64,000 nucleotides of DNA from a plasmid: the sequence record NZ_CP072388.1; one strand, 5' to 3'. Made by a program: the position numbers and the translations under genes. Below are positions 1 through 9,715 of the stretch, one piece after another (the stretch's first letter is position 1; each line of letters begins with the position of its first letter). The notes beneath the pieces were generated by a model. That model was given only the letters and a program-made list of their open reading frames with translations, was not told the origin of the DNA and made no database searches.

Positions 1-577
1 AGAACATCTGCCACAACGTCGCGATGCCCGTAACGAGGCCCGTGGCAAGCGCCGTCGCGGCGGTACCGACAAGCACTTGTCCTAGGACGCCGATAGCGCC
101 AGCGGCGGTGCGCACGGAGCGTCCCGGACCGACCGCCTCGCGCAGGTTGGCCGGCCACCTCAGAAAGCCTGCGATCAACCCGGTGAGTCCCTTCTCGCGT
201 TCCGAGGCGTCGGCTGCAGCCTTATTGGCAGCGCCGATAGCTGCTTCTACGGACGCGATGACCATGTCGGGCCGAAGCTGCTGCGGGTCGCGCAGACTCA
301 TCTCCCAGTTGACGACCGGGTTCACGTCCCGCGTCATGTAGGCACCATTAGCGAGCGTGTACGTGCCGCCGTGCCGCTCGTGGACAGCGCCAGCCGCCCC
401 CGCGGCCATTGCCACTGCCCTCCGCTTGGCCTGCCAAATACCGTGGTCGACCGCAGGAACAAGCTCCATGAACAAGCCATCGGAACGAGCTTGTGCGCTG
501 TTCAGGAGGTCGATGTAGGCGCCCCGGAACTCAGTCAGCAGGTCTACGTCTCTAGCCCACCGCTTGCTCGGCTTCAC
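1..577 (-). CDS. hypothetical protein, 3' end truncated by the window edge (candidate GTG start at 577, alternative ATG at 469)
   Basis: A minus-strand reading frame runs without a stop from about 595 to position 1. It is absent from the ORF track because no stop lies inside the window. No motif recognised. Confidence 0.35.
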   Translation of the reverse strand, partial: MKPSKRWARDVDLLTEFRGAYIDLLNSAQARSDGLFMELVPAVDHGIWQAKRRAVAMAAGAAGAVHERHGGTYTLANGAYMTRDVNPVVNWEMSLRDPQQLRPDMVIASVEAAIGAANKAAADASEREKGLTGLIAGFLRWPANLREAVGPGRSVRTAAGAIGVLGQVLVGTAATALATGLVTGIATLWQMF

Positions 578-1066
578 AGTCTTGATTCTTCTGCATGGAT
601 CTGACACACAGTCGAACATCAGGTGCCGCGCTTGATGACGATCAGCGGCAGGCTGTGCTGCCGAGGTGCGATGAGGCGTGTTCGCAGGCACCAAAGGGCG
701 ACGGGTCTCGAGGTTCCAACCCTCGAGACCCGTCGGTCGGCACGGGCAACTACCGCCGGCAGCACCCTCCCCTGGCACTTCCAGGTAGGCACTGCCTCGC
801 CGCCCCAACGCACCCCATCGCGCAGGGTGTCGCTGACTACCGACTCGGCCCGGAGTCCTCGATGACCGCGCGGGCCCCTTGGCCCTCAGCCACAGAGACG
901 CTTCCTCCAGGTCGTGGATATCACGCTACAGCGGTTGTCGAGCGTTCTGCCACCATGACCTGGGCATACGTTTGAGTGCAGCAAGCCATGAGACGTCTGA
1001 GTGCGGTATGGTAGGTGGTAGTTACAGAGTCACCCCTACCTTCAAGCCCCACCCACTAGGAGCCAG

Positions 1067-2014
1067 ATGAGCGAAGTAGAGAGGACATCTAGTTCATCGC
1101 GACGCCAGAGAGCGATCGTCGCCCGCACTGGCGTCAAAGTGAGCCTCGGTGACCTCAGTCCTCCCGCTCAGGGTGAGGTCACGAAGCTGCTCGACTCGGC
1201 TCCAGGGCGCCGCATGACGACACCGGTTCGGAAGACGTTCGTGCGTACAGAGGACCCTGAGAGCCCTCCCCCCCTTGCGCAGATCGTCTCGACGCGCGGG
1301 CGAGGCGGCGCGGTGCCTCTGAAGCTGTATCTCGGACTGATTCGACGCAGTTCTGCGGCACCCTATGACTCGACAATCTCCGCTCGCCGATGGGCCGCCC
1401 TGCTAGATCTCGAGGACTATGCCCACCGGGGTGCTCGACGAGTCAACGACGCGATCAGCCGACTCCAAGAACTGCAGTTGATTGATGTAGAGACGAGCCG
1501 CGGCGCCGCCTCCACGATCACGCTTCTTCGTGAAGACGGATCAGGGGCTCCGTACCGCCCGCCTAGCGAGCAGAAGCGCTCTGGGAGGCCAGGGCGCGCG
1601 AAGGCCGCGCCTGAGCTCTATCTACAGATGCCCGACGCTCTATGGCAGGGGTACATCCAACGCATGGCTGCCCCGGAGCTCGCCATGCTGCTGATCCTTC
1701 TCGCAGAGCCCGACAGCGTTCAAGACGGGATGTGGTGGTCGATTCAGAACTTCCCCGCCTGGTACTGCATCAAGCCATCCATGCGCACCAGTGGCACCCA
1801 CGCACTCGAGAACCTCGGCTTGCTGCGCGTCACCAAGAAGATGCTCGACACGCCCCGCGGCGGCAATGGTGATGACCGCGACCGTGTGCGCAACGTCTAC
1901 AAGCTCAGGGGCGCGGCGCTCCAACCGGCCAAGACCGCCCCAGCCCCGCCTGCAGGAGCCAAGCCTTCGACACCCGCGACCAAGAAGCGGAGCCGACTCA
2001 AGAAGAAGGTTTGA
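1067..2014 (+). CDS. hypothetical protein (315 aa) with basic Lys/Arg-rich C-terminus
   Basis: Long ORF in a locally lower-GC stretch (about 0.6-2.0 kb). The K/R-rich tail suggests DNA binding. No catalytic motif recognised. Confidence 0.45.
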   Translation: MSEVERTSSSSRRQRAIVARTGVKVSLGDLSPPAQGEVTKLLDSAPGRRMTTPVRKTFVRTEDPESPPPLAQIVSTRGRGGAVPLKLYLGLIRRSSAAPYDSTISARRWAALLDLEDYAHRGARRVNDAISRLQELQLIDVETSRGAASTITLLREDGSGAPYRPPSEQKRSGRPGRAKAAPELYLQMPDALWQGYIQRMAAPELAMLLILLAEPDSVQDGMWWSIQNFPAWYCIKPSMRTSGTHALENLGLLRVTKKMLDTPRGGNGDDRDRVRNVYKLRGAALQPAKTAPAPPAGAKPSTPATKKRSRLKKKV

Positions 2015-2109
2015 GGGCGCCAACGACAGCAGCTGACGGGGCCGCCGACGAAATCTAGACGGATGGCGCCCACCTACGTGGCTTGAGGTGGGCGCCATCG
2101 TGCCTTTGG

Positions 2110-2952
2110 TCAGCGCGTAAGTTCGGCGGCGTGGTCCCGGGTGTGGGCGCGGCTGCGGTTCGTGCGGGCGCGGGGCGCCGCGCCGTGTCGGGCACCGCGC
2201 AGGGTGGCGTTGGCGGAGGCCGGGAAGTTGGTGGCGGCCTCGCGCCGGGCGGTGGCCGCGGCGGCGGGGGCGTGCTTGAGCTCGTCTTCGGTGACGGGGG
2301 CGTACGCCGGCCCGTCGACGGCGCCGGTCTTGCTCGCCTCGCCGGCGTGGGTCTTGGCGGAGTCGTGGAGCCGGTCGTGCTCGACCAGGTGCTCGCGGGC
2401 GTCCTCGCGGGTGTCGTCCGCGCGCTGGGCGTCGACGTCGGCGGACGGGTCGGCCTGGGCGGCCTTGTCGCTGGCGCGCTCGTCGAGCTCGTCGGCCTCG
2501 GCGAAGTCCTCCCGGGCTTGGGCGTCCTCGCGCTGGGCGGCGGCCGCGTCGTCGAGCGCGTGCCACAGCGCGTTGGTGCGATCGGCCGGGTTGGGGTGGG
2601 CGCGGGCGACGGCGTCGACGTCGACGCCGAACCGGGCACCGACCTGCTCGCGCACGACCTGGTGGGCCTCGCGCCCGCGCGCATCGTGCGGGGCGATGGT
2701 GGAGGTGAACGTCGCGAGCTCGGCGACGTCCTGGTGGCCCGCGGTGCGCCAGAAGTCCTCGCGCCGGACCCGGTCGTAGACCATCGCGATCTGCTCGCGA
2801 TGCTCACCGGCCACGCGCGCGACCTCCTGGTGGCGCGCGGTGGCGCGGGTGGCCTGGGCACGGGCCAGCTGCTCGCGGACCTGGCCGATCGCCATCATGG
2901 TCGAGCGCACGACGCGGTCGACCTCCTGCCCGAACTCGTCCTCACTGCTCAT
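2110..2952 (-). CDS. hypothetical acidic protein, last gene of the conjugation operon
   Basis: ORF of 280 aa co-oriented with and immediately downstream of the DUF4913-like gene and the coupling protein. Asp/Glu-rich. A mirror ORF on the plus strand (2083..3063) is probably a GC artefact. Confidence 0.45.
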   Translation of the reverse strand: MSSEDEFGQEVDRVVRSTMMAIGQVREQLARAQATRATARHQEVARVAGEHREQIAMVYDRVRREDFWRTAGHQDVAELATFTSTIAPHDARGREAHQVVREQVGARFGVDVDAVARAHPNPADRTNALWHALDDAAAAQREDAQAREDFAEADELDERASDKAAQADPSADVDAQRADDTREDAREHLVEHDRLHDSAKTHAGEASKTGAVDGPAYAPVTEDELKHAPAAAATARREAATNFPASANATLRGARHGAAPRARTNRSRAHTRDHAAELTR

Positions 2953-2984
2953 TTGGATGCCTCCAGGGTGGGTGTCGGGTGGGG

Positions 2985-3395
2985 TTACTGCTCGGCCGGG
3001 TGGTGCGCGTCGCGGAACAACCCCGGCGGCGGGACCTCGACGGGCCAGGCGTCCGGGAGCTGACGATCCTGCACGTCGCTCAGGCGCCAGAACGGGCCGT
3101 CGGTGGCGGTGATCTCGCGCATCTCGGGGCCGAGGTAGTCGCGGAAGAACACGCTCATGCCGGTCATGCCCTCACCGCGCAGGAACTCCCAGGACCGCCA
3201 CAGCGCCTCCAGGCGCGCGACGACCTCGGTGTACTCCCACCAGCGCGGGTCCCACCGGAAGGACTTGGGGTTGCGCTTGTAGTGCGGGAGCAGCCACTCG
3301 CGCACCCACACGTCGACGTTCGGGTAGAACGTCGCGACCGGCTCGGACTCGGGCACGTCGTCCAGGTCGATCTCGACCTCGTCGAACTCGCTCAT
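2985..3395 (-). CDS. small conserved protein typically found beside actinobacterial TraG/TcpA-type coupling proteins (DUF4913-like)
   Basis: ATG at 3395 (plus-strand 'cat' at 3393-3395) overlaps the coupling-protein stop in an ATGA arrangement. Sequence MSEFDEVEIDLDD...WWEYTEVV. It is the C-terminal part of the long alternative-frame ORF 2985..5093. Confidence 0.55.
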   Translation of the reverse strand: MSEFDEVEIDLDDVPESEPVATFYPNVDVWVREWLLPHYKRNPKSFRWDPRWWEYTEVVARLEALWRSWEFLRGEGMTGMSVFFRDYLGPEMREITATDGPFWRLSDVQDRQLPDAWPVEVPPPGLFRDAHHPAEQ

Positions 3396-5143
3396 GCTGC
3401 CTCCCGGGCGCGCGCCGGCACGTTGGTGCGCGCGGCGCGCTGGTTCTCGTAGTGGGCCAGGCTCGCGCTGACCTTGTCGGTGTAGGGGCGGGCGCTGTGG
3501 TGGTCCAGGCGCAGCAGCGCGGCCGGCAGCCCGGAGGCGAGCAGCACCGCGCGCCCGCGCGGCAACGCGGTCAGGTCGGAGACGTCGAACAGGCGCTGGC
3601 GGGCGACCGAGGTCGAGACGGTGCGGCTGGTCTTGTTCTGCGACGCAGAGCGCTTGACGACGTCGTGGTCGCCGATCAGGTTCGACACGAACGGCAGGAA
3701 CTTGTCTTCGGAGAGCCCGGACCCGACCACGCGCACGTTCGCCGCGCTCCACAGCTTCTGCATCCCGGTCTCCCCGAACGCTTCGGCGCCCTGGGACCAG
3801 GACTGGAAGAACGCGGACACCACGATGCCGCGCGACCCGTAGTGCGAGTACAGGTCGGGCAGCTCGCGCCAGCGGCACACGTTCGCGACCTCGTCCAGCA
3901 CCGCGGTGACCGGCGGGGCCAGGCGCCCGCCCACCCCGCGCGACCCGGCGCGCTCGGCCGCCGTGAGGATTGCCATCGTCAGCGCGGCGGTGATCGCCCG
4001 CGCGGAGCCCCCGCCCTCCTTGGACACGAGGTAGACGGTGTCGGTCGAGCGGACGAAGGCGGCCGGGTCGAAGTGCGGACGCCGCCCGGTCGGGTCGGTG
4101 ATCCAGTCGGCGATCTTGCGGCTGCCCAGGACCCCGATCCAGGGCCGGACCGTGCCGTACACGCCGTCGCGCTGCTTCTCGGTGAGCTTCTGCGTCTTTT
4201 CCAGCGCGATCGCCTGCGCACCCTCGCCGTGGGCTTTGAGCAGCGCGGCCGGGTTCTCCCCGTCGCGGGCGTCGGGGTCGTTGGCCCACGCGAACACGTC
4301 CGTGATCGGCCGGCGGGCCAGGGCGGCGGCGAGGAACAGGCGCGACAGCAGTTCCTTGCCTGCGGACTCGAAGTACGCGTCCTGCTTCGCCCCGGCCGTC
4401 GTCGCGGAGGAGATGAACACGTCGGCGAGCTTCTCGGCGGTCTCGAGGTCGGTGACGAAGGACAGCGGGTTCCACCACCAGGTAGGTCGCTCGCCGATGA
4501 TGTCCTGCACGTCGTGGACCCAGCACACCCCGTGCTCGCTGCGTGGCCCGCGGGTGGCGTCGACGATGTCGGGCTTGTTCGACGTCGCCACGACCGGCCC
4601 GGTGGTCTCGAGGATTTGCGGGATGCACACGCACGAGGTCTTGCCTGCGCGCGGGCCCATGAGCCAGATCTGCACCCACTCCCACGACGCGTACAGCGCC
4701 TTGCGGGAGGGCAGGTGCGTGCCGAGGGTGACCCCGATCCCGGCGCCGTCGGCGCCGAGCCGGGCCGCGTCGCGGCGGGCCGCGCCCTCGGTGAGCTCGG
4801 TGACGTCGCGGCCGGTGGCCAGGTACCGGGCCTTGTAGTCGATGCGTGAACGCTGGCGGCCGGTGCGCAGCGCGACCGTCGCGAGCAGTGCCGCCACGGC
4901 GAGGAAGCCGGCGACGATGCCCAGGGTGATCGCGGTCTGCGCCGCGGTGAACGCGACGTCGCCGCCGAGCACCTGCGCCACGGTGTCGACCGGGTTGGAG
5001 GTGTCGCGGATCTGCGGGTTGGCCATCGCGCCGGCCCACAGCGCGCCGGCGACGATCATCAGGAGCAGGAGCAGGCCGCCGAGCAGCATCCACCCGAGGT
5101 CGTTGGTCGCCGGTTCGGCCCGCCGGTTCGCCTCGCGGGCCAT
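3392..5143 (-). CDS. type IV secretion coupling protein (VirD4/TraG/TcpA family ATPase)
   Basis: N-terminal transmembrane segments, Walker A GPRAGKTS, about 580 aa, lying directly downstream of the VirB4-like ATPase. Confidence 0.85.
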   Translation of the reverse strand: MAREANRRAEPATNDLGWMLLGGLLLLLMIVAGALWAGAMANPQIRDTSNPVDTVAQVLGGDVAFTAAQTAITLGIVAGFLAVAALLATVALRTGRQRSRIDYKARYLATGRDVTELTEGAARRDAARLGADGAGIGVTLGTHLPSRKALYASWEWVQIWLMGPRAGKTSCVCIPQILETTGPVVATSNKPDIVDATRGPRSEHGVCWVHDVQDIIGERPTWWWNPLSFVTDLETAEKLADVFISSATTAGAKQDAYFESAGKELLSRLFLAAALARRPITDVFAWANDPDARDGENPAALLKAHGEGAQAIALEKTQKLTEKQRDGVYGTVRPWIGVLGSRKIADWITDPTGRRPHFDPAAFVRSTDTVYLVSKEGGGSARAITAALTMAILTAAERAGSRGVGGRLAPPVTAVLDEVANVCRWRELPDLYSHYGSRGIVVSAFFQSWSQGAEAFGETGMQKLWSAANVRVVGSGLSEDKFLPFVSNLIGDHDVVKRSASQNKTSRTVSTSVARQRLFDVSDLTALPRGRAVLLASGLPAALLRLDHHSARPYTDKVSASLAHYENQRAARTNVPARAREAA

Positions 5144-6795
5144 CAGACCAGCACCTCTTCCGCCTCGTCGTCCTCGAGGCGGATGCTGCCCGCCTGCAGG
5201 GCGCGTTCCATCGCCGCCGCCCAGGCGCGGTTGGTGTTGTTCACGTCGTACTCGCTGGGGACCATGCGCATGACGAACGGGACCCCGGCGCGCTTGCCCG
5301 TCTTGAGAAGGAACTTCCCGCGGCCGGGCGGGACGGCGGCCTGGGACGTCTCGGGGTTCACTCCCCCGTCGGCGGACCAGTCGGTGATCATCTCCTGCTC
5401 ACGGCCGGACAGGGCGAAGACCTCCTTGAGGTTGCCCATCTCCTTGTCGGCCAGCCCGCCGAGGAACACCATCGCGGAGCGCTCGACGAAGCCCCAGGCG
5501 ATCTCCGTCAGGTGGGAGTTCGCGAGCTTGAGGTCGTTCATCGTGTGCGTGATCATCGCCTGCCCGATCGCGCGCTGGCGGTTGAGCCGGGTGAGCGCGT
5601 CGACGAAGTAGACCATCGCGTCCGACGCGCGCAGCATCCGCCACAGCTCGTCCATCACCAGGAAGTAGTGCCGCTGCGCGCGCATGCCCGCGGCCGCCAG
5701 GTGCTTGTCGGCGGCCACCATCGCCGAGCCGACCGACCAGCACACCGACTGCACCGCGGCCTGCAGCTGCAGGTCCGCGTCGTCGATGCCGGACAGGTCG
5801 TAGGCCATCGGGCGCCCGAGCTCGATGTGCTCGCTGGTCGGACGGGCGAACACGTCCCCGAACGGGCCGCTGACGCCGAGGGCCAGCAGCGCGTCCAGCA
5901 GGTCCTGCACCCGGGAGTCGTAGTGCTCGGTGTCCCCGCGACTGCTCGCGACGCGGACCAGGCGCGGGTGCCGGGAGCGGACCAGCGTGGCGAGGTCGTC
6001 GACCACCGGCATGCCGGTGTGCTCCTCGTCCAGCACGCGCAGCGCCTCGGCGACCAGGGACTGCTCGTAGTCGCGCAGCCGGGTGCCGCGCACGAGGTCG
6101 AGCAGCCCGAGCACCGTCGTGCGGCGCCTGGCGCGCATCTCCTCCAGCGCCTTGCGCCGGCGCTCCTCGTCGGGGATCTGCTCGAGCTCGCGCACGAGCG
6201 GGCCGAGGTCGAGCGGGTTGATGTTGCCCACGCCCGGTCCCAGCGCGATCACCTGCCCGCCCAGCGCGCGGATCAGGTCGACGTAGTCCGGCTTGGTGTC
6301 CGACAGGACCATCGGCGTGATCCCCCACGCCGCCAGCACCGTGACCATGCGCCGGATCAGCGAGGACTTGCCCAGGCCTGGGCGGCCGAGGACGAAGCAG
6401 GACGGGTTGAGGACCAGGTTCGCCATGAACCAGTGGATCGGGTCGGCGCAGACCGTCGACCCGTTCAGCAGGTTCGGGCCCAGCGGCACGCCGCGCACCG
6501 GGTTGCCCGACCCCGCGATGAACGGCCACAGGCCGCACACCTGGACGGTCGTGCCCTGGTACTCCGGAGCGGGCTCGATGTACGGCTCGCGTCCCGTGCC
6601 GTGGCCCGCCCAGCCGCGCCGGCCCGCGCGCCGGGACGCCTGCTCGCGCCCCTCGGCGGCCGCGTCCAAGAACTTGCCGAGGGCGCCGCGGCGTCGCGGC
6701 GCGCTCGCCGCGGATGCCCGCTTGGCACGCGCGGCGATCTGGCGTGCCTCGCGGCGGGACAGCTGCAGGCCGGTGGACTGCTCGGTGCGGTTCAC
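5143..6795 (-). CDS. conjugative ATPase, VirB4/TrsE-like P-loop domain
   Basis: Walker A GRPGLGKSS. GTG start at 6795 overlaps the stop of the upstream membrane-protein gene as GTGA. The ORF-track entry 5143..7446 over-extends the N-terminus. Confidence 0.75.
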   Translation of the reverse strand: MNRTEQSTGLQLSRREARQIAARAKRASAASAPRRRGALGKFLDAAAEGREQASRRAGRRGWAGHGTGREPYIEPAPEYQGTTVQVCGLWPFIAGSGNPVRGVPLGPNLLNGSTVCADPIHWFMANLVLNPSCFVLGRPGLGKSSLIRRMVTVLAAWGITPMVLSDTKPDYVDLIRALGGQVIALGPGVGNINPLDLGPLVRELEQIPDEERRRKALEEMRARRRTTVLGLLDLVRGTRLRDYEQSLVAEALRVLDEEHTGMPVVDDLATLVRSRHPRLVRVASSRGDTEHYDSRVQDLLDALLALGVSGPFGDVFARPTSEHIELGRPMAYDLSGIDDADLQLQAAVQSVCWSVGSAMVAADKHLAAAGMRAQRHYFLVMDELWRMLRASDAMVYFVDALTRLNRQRAIGQAMITHTMNDLKLANSHLTEIAWGFVERSAMVFLGGLADKEMGNLKEVFALSGREQEMITDWSADGGVNPETSQAAVPPGRGKFLLKTGKRAGVPFVMRMVPSEYDVNNTNRAWAAAMERALQAGSIRLEDDEAEEVLV

Positions 6796-8294
6796 AGGTA
6801 CTCCCGGAGCTGGGCGGGGATGATCGAGTGCTCGGGCAGGATCACGCCGAGGGGCAGCGCGGCCTGGAACGCCACGGCCTGGTTGCCCAGCGCCGGGCGC
6901 AGCCGCAACCGGGCCTGGTTGCCCAGGGAAGGCACGATCTTGTCCAGGCGCGGGAACTCGTCCGAGCTCGCGCACGTCACGGTCACGATCGCGCCGAACC
7001 GCACGAGGCCGGCGCCCTGCGCCTCTTCCTCGGCCGCCTTGTTCGCGTACCGCAGCCGCGTGCGCTGACGCGCCGAGACTCGCTGCTTCTGCGAGGCGGT
7101 GAAGGTGGCGTTGTTGATCTCGGCCTCGATCACGTCGCTGGCCTCCCCCGCCGGGATCGGCCGGTAGAGCAGCGTCACCCGCTTGCGCAAGACGCCGGGC
7201 GTGGGCTCCACCAGACGCCGCAGCGCGCCGGAGAAGAACATCGACTCCGGCGCCTGCCACATCTGCCACGACTTCGAGACCGCGCGGTCGTGGAAGTACC
7301 GGTCGATCCTGTCCTCGGCGAACGTCGGCCCGGCCTCCGCCCAGGTCAGGCCCGTCCCGCCCTCGGCGCGCGCCTGCTCGACCCTCGAGGCGACCGTCGG
7401 GTCGTACGCCACGCGCGTGAAGTCGACGATGTCCTGAGCGGTGCACGCCCGCACGGACGTCCCGGCCCCGGTCTCCCAGAGCTGCGACAGCAGGACCGGG
7501 AGCCGGTTGCCGATCTCCTCGGCCATTGCCTGGGTGCCGCGGTCGCCGCCCTTGGCCTCCGGCGACTTCCCGGAGAACGTGATGGCGATGCGGGTCGCGA
7601 TCATCGGCGACGCCGTCGCGAGCTCGCCGACGAGCTCGCCGGCCACCGCGGCCGCGAACGGCTCCGCGTCCGGGGCCATGTTGCCCTGCACCATGCGGGT
7701 CAGGCGCACGCCGGAGTCGGGCGCCGTCTCGACGGTGACGCTCGCGCCGACGATCCCCTCGTCGACGCCGAGCTGGGCGAGCCAGGCGCCCCAGTGCGCG
7801 ACCTGCGAGTCGATGCGCGACTGGTCGACCAACGCGTCCCCGTCCGGGTACGCCTCGATCACCACGGTGTAGTGGGCGGCCGAGCGCAGCCGGATGAGCC
7901 CGAACCGGTTGCCGAACGCGTCCTGGTGCTCGCTGAGGGTGCTCGGTGCCATCAGGCCCGGCAGGCTGAACGTCCCGTCCGGCACCTTCCCGGCCGGGCC
8001 GGCGACGTAGAGGCTGTCGCCGCGGCGCGTCTTCGCCCGGTGCGCGGAGACCAGCATCCTGCGTGCGTAGAAGCTGCGGCCCTGGCGGGTGAAGCCCACC
8101 AGCAGCGCGGCCGCTGCCACGCCCACCGCCACGGTCACCAGCGCGGGCAGGTACCAGGCCCGCACGAGCATCAGGACGACGAGCACCACGAACGGGATGC
8201 CGAGCAGGGTCACGCCCATCGGCAGGCCGAGCACGCCCTGCCGGCTCGGGCGGGTCAGGTTGCCGTAGTGGATCCGGGTTGCTGCCTCAGTCAT
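6792..8294 (-). CDS. conjugation membrane protein (two N-terminal TM helices plus large soluble domain); probable N-terminal partner of the VirB4-like ATPase
   Basis: 500-aa ORF, TM helices at residues ~25-70, translationally coupled to the ATPase gene. Such an arrangement is typical of actinobacterial conjugative T4SS-like clusters. Confidence 0.65.
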   Translation of the reverse strand: MTEAATRIHYGNLTRPSRQGVLGLPMGVTLLGIPFVVLVVLMLVRAWYLPALVTVAVGVAAAALLVGFTRQGRSFYARRMLVSAHRAKTRRGDSLYVAGPAGKVPDGTFSLPGLMAPSTLSEHQDAFGNRFGLIRLRSAAHYTVVIEAYPDGDALVDQSRIDSQVAHWGAWLAQLGVDEGIVGASVTVETAPDSGVRLTRMVQGNMAPDAEPFAAAVAGELVGELATASPMIATRIAITFSGKSPEAKGGDRGTQAMAEEIGNRLPVLLSQLWETGAGTSVRACTAQDIVDFTRVAYDPTVASRVEQARAEGGTGLTWAEAGPTFAEDRIDRYFHDRAVSKSWQMWQAPESMFFSGALRRLVEPTPGVLRKRVTLLYRPIPAGEASDVIEAEINNATFTASQKQRVSARQRTRLRYANKAAEEEAQGAGLVRFGAIVTVTCASSDEFPRLDKIVPSLGNQARLRLRPALGNQAVAFQAALPLGVILPEHSIIPAQLREYL

Positions 8295-9715
8295 CGCTTC
8301 TCCTCCGTCACGTCGTCCATCGCGCCTGCGGCCGTCGCCCCGGTGTTCGCCAAGTCACCGACAACCTGCGCACCGACCCGGGTGCGGTCCGCGCTCGAGG
8401 AACCGGTCGTGGCCGTCGTCGCGCCGCTGTTGTCCGGCGCCGCTGCAGGCTGGGCACCGCTGGCACCGTTCGTCCCGGTGCTCGTCGTCTCGCTCGGCGA
8501 GGCGCCAGATCCGCTCGTCGACCCAGAGGACGCCCCGTTGCTCGAGGTCCCTGCACCGCTCGACGTACCGGGGCCGTCGCTCGCCGCGCCCGCCGGGCTC
8601 GACCCGCCGGTGCCGCTCCCGCTGCCGCCGCCCGATGGCGTGGAGCCTCCACCGCTCGCTGTTCCGCCACCGGCAGCTCCCCCGCCCGCAGCGCCGTTCG
8701 CGGCCGCCGTGGTGCCTGTGGTCGAAGCGGCGGTACCGCTCGTGGTCGCCGTGGTGCCGGCGCCCGCGGCCGCCGGTGCCGCGGCCCCGCCGGTCGCACC
8801 GATTGCGACCACCGCGGCTCCCGTGGCCACGACGCCCGCGGCGGCGGCCGCCCCGGAGAACGCCCCGGACGAACCGCCGGCGGCGACCGGGGCGATGAAC
8901 TTGATCAGCGCTGGCAGCGCGAGCGCAGCCGCCAGCAGGATGACGATCGCGAGACTGGTGACGTATATCGCGTTGGCGTTGGGGTCCAGGCCGGCAATCT
9001 GCGGCGGATCCTTGAGCATGAGGATGCCCAGCGCGTAGATCCCGCCCGCGACCGGCTTGAACAAGATGAACGCGAGCAGCCAACTCATCGCCTTGCGGAA
9101 CGCCTGGGCACCGGACTCGGAGCCAGACGCGGCCGCCAGGGTGGGCAAGAACGCGAACAGCACCAGCACCAAGGCGCCACGCACGATCATGAAAGCCACG
9201 TTCGCCAGGCTCGCCAGGAATGCCAGCAGCGCCAGGATCAGACCAGGACCGATGCCCGTGACCAGGAACAGGTCGACGCTCAGGATCCCCTGCAGCGACA
9301 TCGGATCGTCGGTCACCTGCTCGACGATCCAGGGCGCGAAGGCATCCCCGGCGGCCATCAGCGACGTGAAGCCCGTGGCGAGCACGGCGGAGACGACGAT
9401 CAGGTTCGCGATCATCCGCACCGCGCCGGCGCCGCTGCGGAACTCGTGCGTCACGGCCATGCGACCCAGCGCGATGAGGATGCCGATCAGCGCAAAAACG
9501 AACGTGTACCAGGAGAGGTTCTGCTGGATGGCCGTGACCGGCGACGCGTTCACGTCGGGCGAGGGCATGCCCAGCCAGAACGTGTTCAGCCACTCCAGGA
9601 CGGATACGGCCCCCTCCGCCATGCTCTTCACGAACGTCTCGGCGGCCGACTGCCCCCACTCGGCGATCTTGTTGCCGAGGCGGCAGTCGAAGTCGATGCC
9701 CTTGCACTCATCCAC
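8291..9715 (-). CDS. polytopic membrane protein, VirB6/TrbL-like, with Gly/Ser/Thr/Ala-rich low-complexity C-terminal tail
   Basis: At least six predicted TM helices followed by about 150 aa of G/S/T/A repeats. Overlaps both neighbouring genes in the operon. Confidence 0.6.
   Translation of the reverse strand: MDECKGIDFDCRLGNKIAEWGQSAAETFVKSMAEGAVSVLEWLNTFWLGMPSPDVNASPVTAIQQNLSWYTFVFALIGILIALGRMAVTHEFRSGAGAVRMIANLIVVSAVLATGFTSLMAAGDAFAPWIVEQVTDDPMSLQGILSVDLFLVTGIGPGLILALLAFLASLANVAFMIVRGALVLVLFAFLPTLAAASGSESGAQAFRKAMSWLLAFILFKPVAGGIYALGILMLKDPPQIAGLDPNANAIYVTSLAIVILLAAALALPALIKFIAPVAAGGSSGAFSGAAAAAGVVATGAAVVAIGATGGAAAPAAAGAGTTATTSGTAASTTGTTAAANGAAGGGAAGGGTASGGGSTPSGGGSGSGTGGSSPAGAASDGPGTSSGAGTSSNGASSGSTSGSGASPSETTSTGTNGASGAQPAAAPDNSGATTATTGSSSADRTRVGAQVVGDLANTGATAAGAMDDVTEEKR

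Noticed and set aside
2985-5093. 702-aa minus-strand ORF rich in Arg/Pro/Gly overlapping the coupling-protein gene
   Set aside because: It is an alternative frame of 70% GC DNA. Only its C-terminal 136 codons (2985..3395) have protein-like composition. The overlapping T4CP frame carries a Walker A motif and TM helices.
6714-9038. 774-aa plus-strand ORF, and similar long plus-strand ORFs across 2.0-10.9 kb
   Set aside because: They are antisense to the motif-bearing conjugation genes, extremely Arg/Gly/Pro/Ala-biased, and have no motifs. This is the typical open-frame artefact of high-GC coding DNA.
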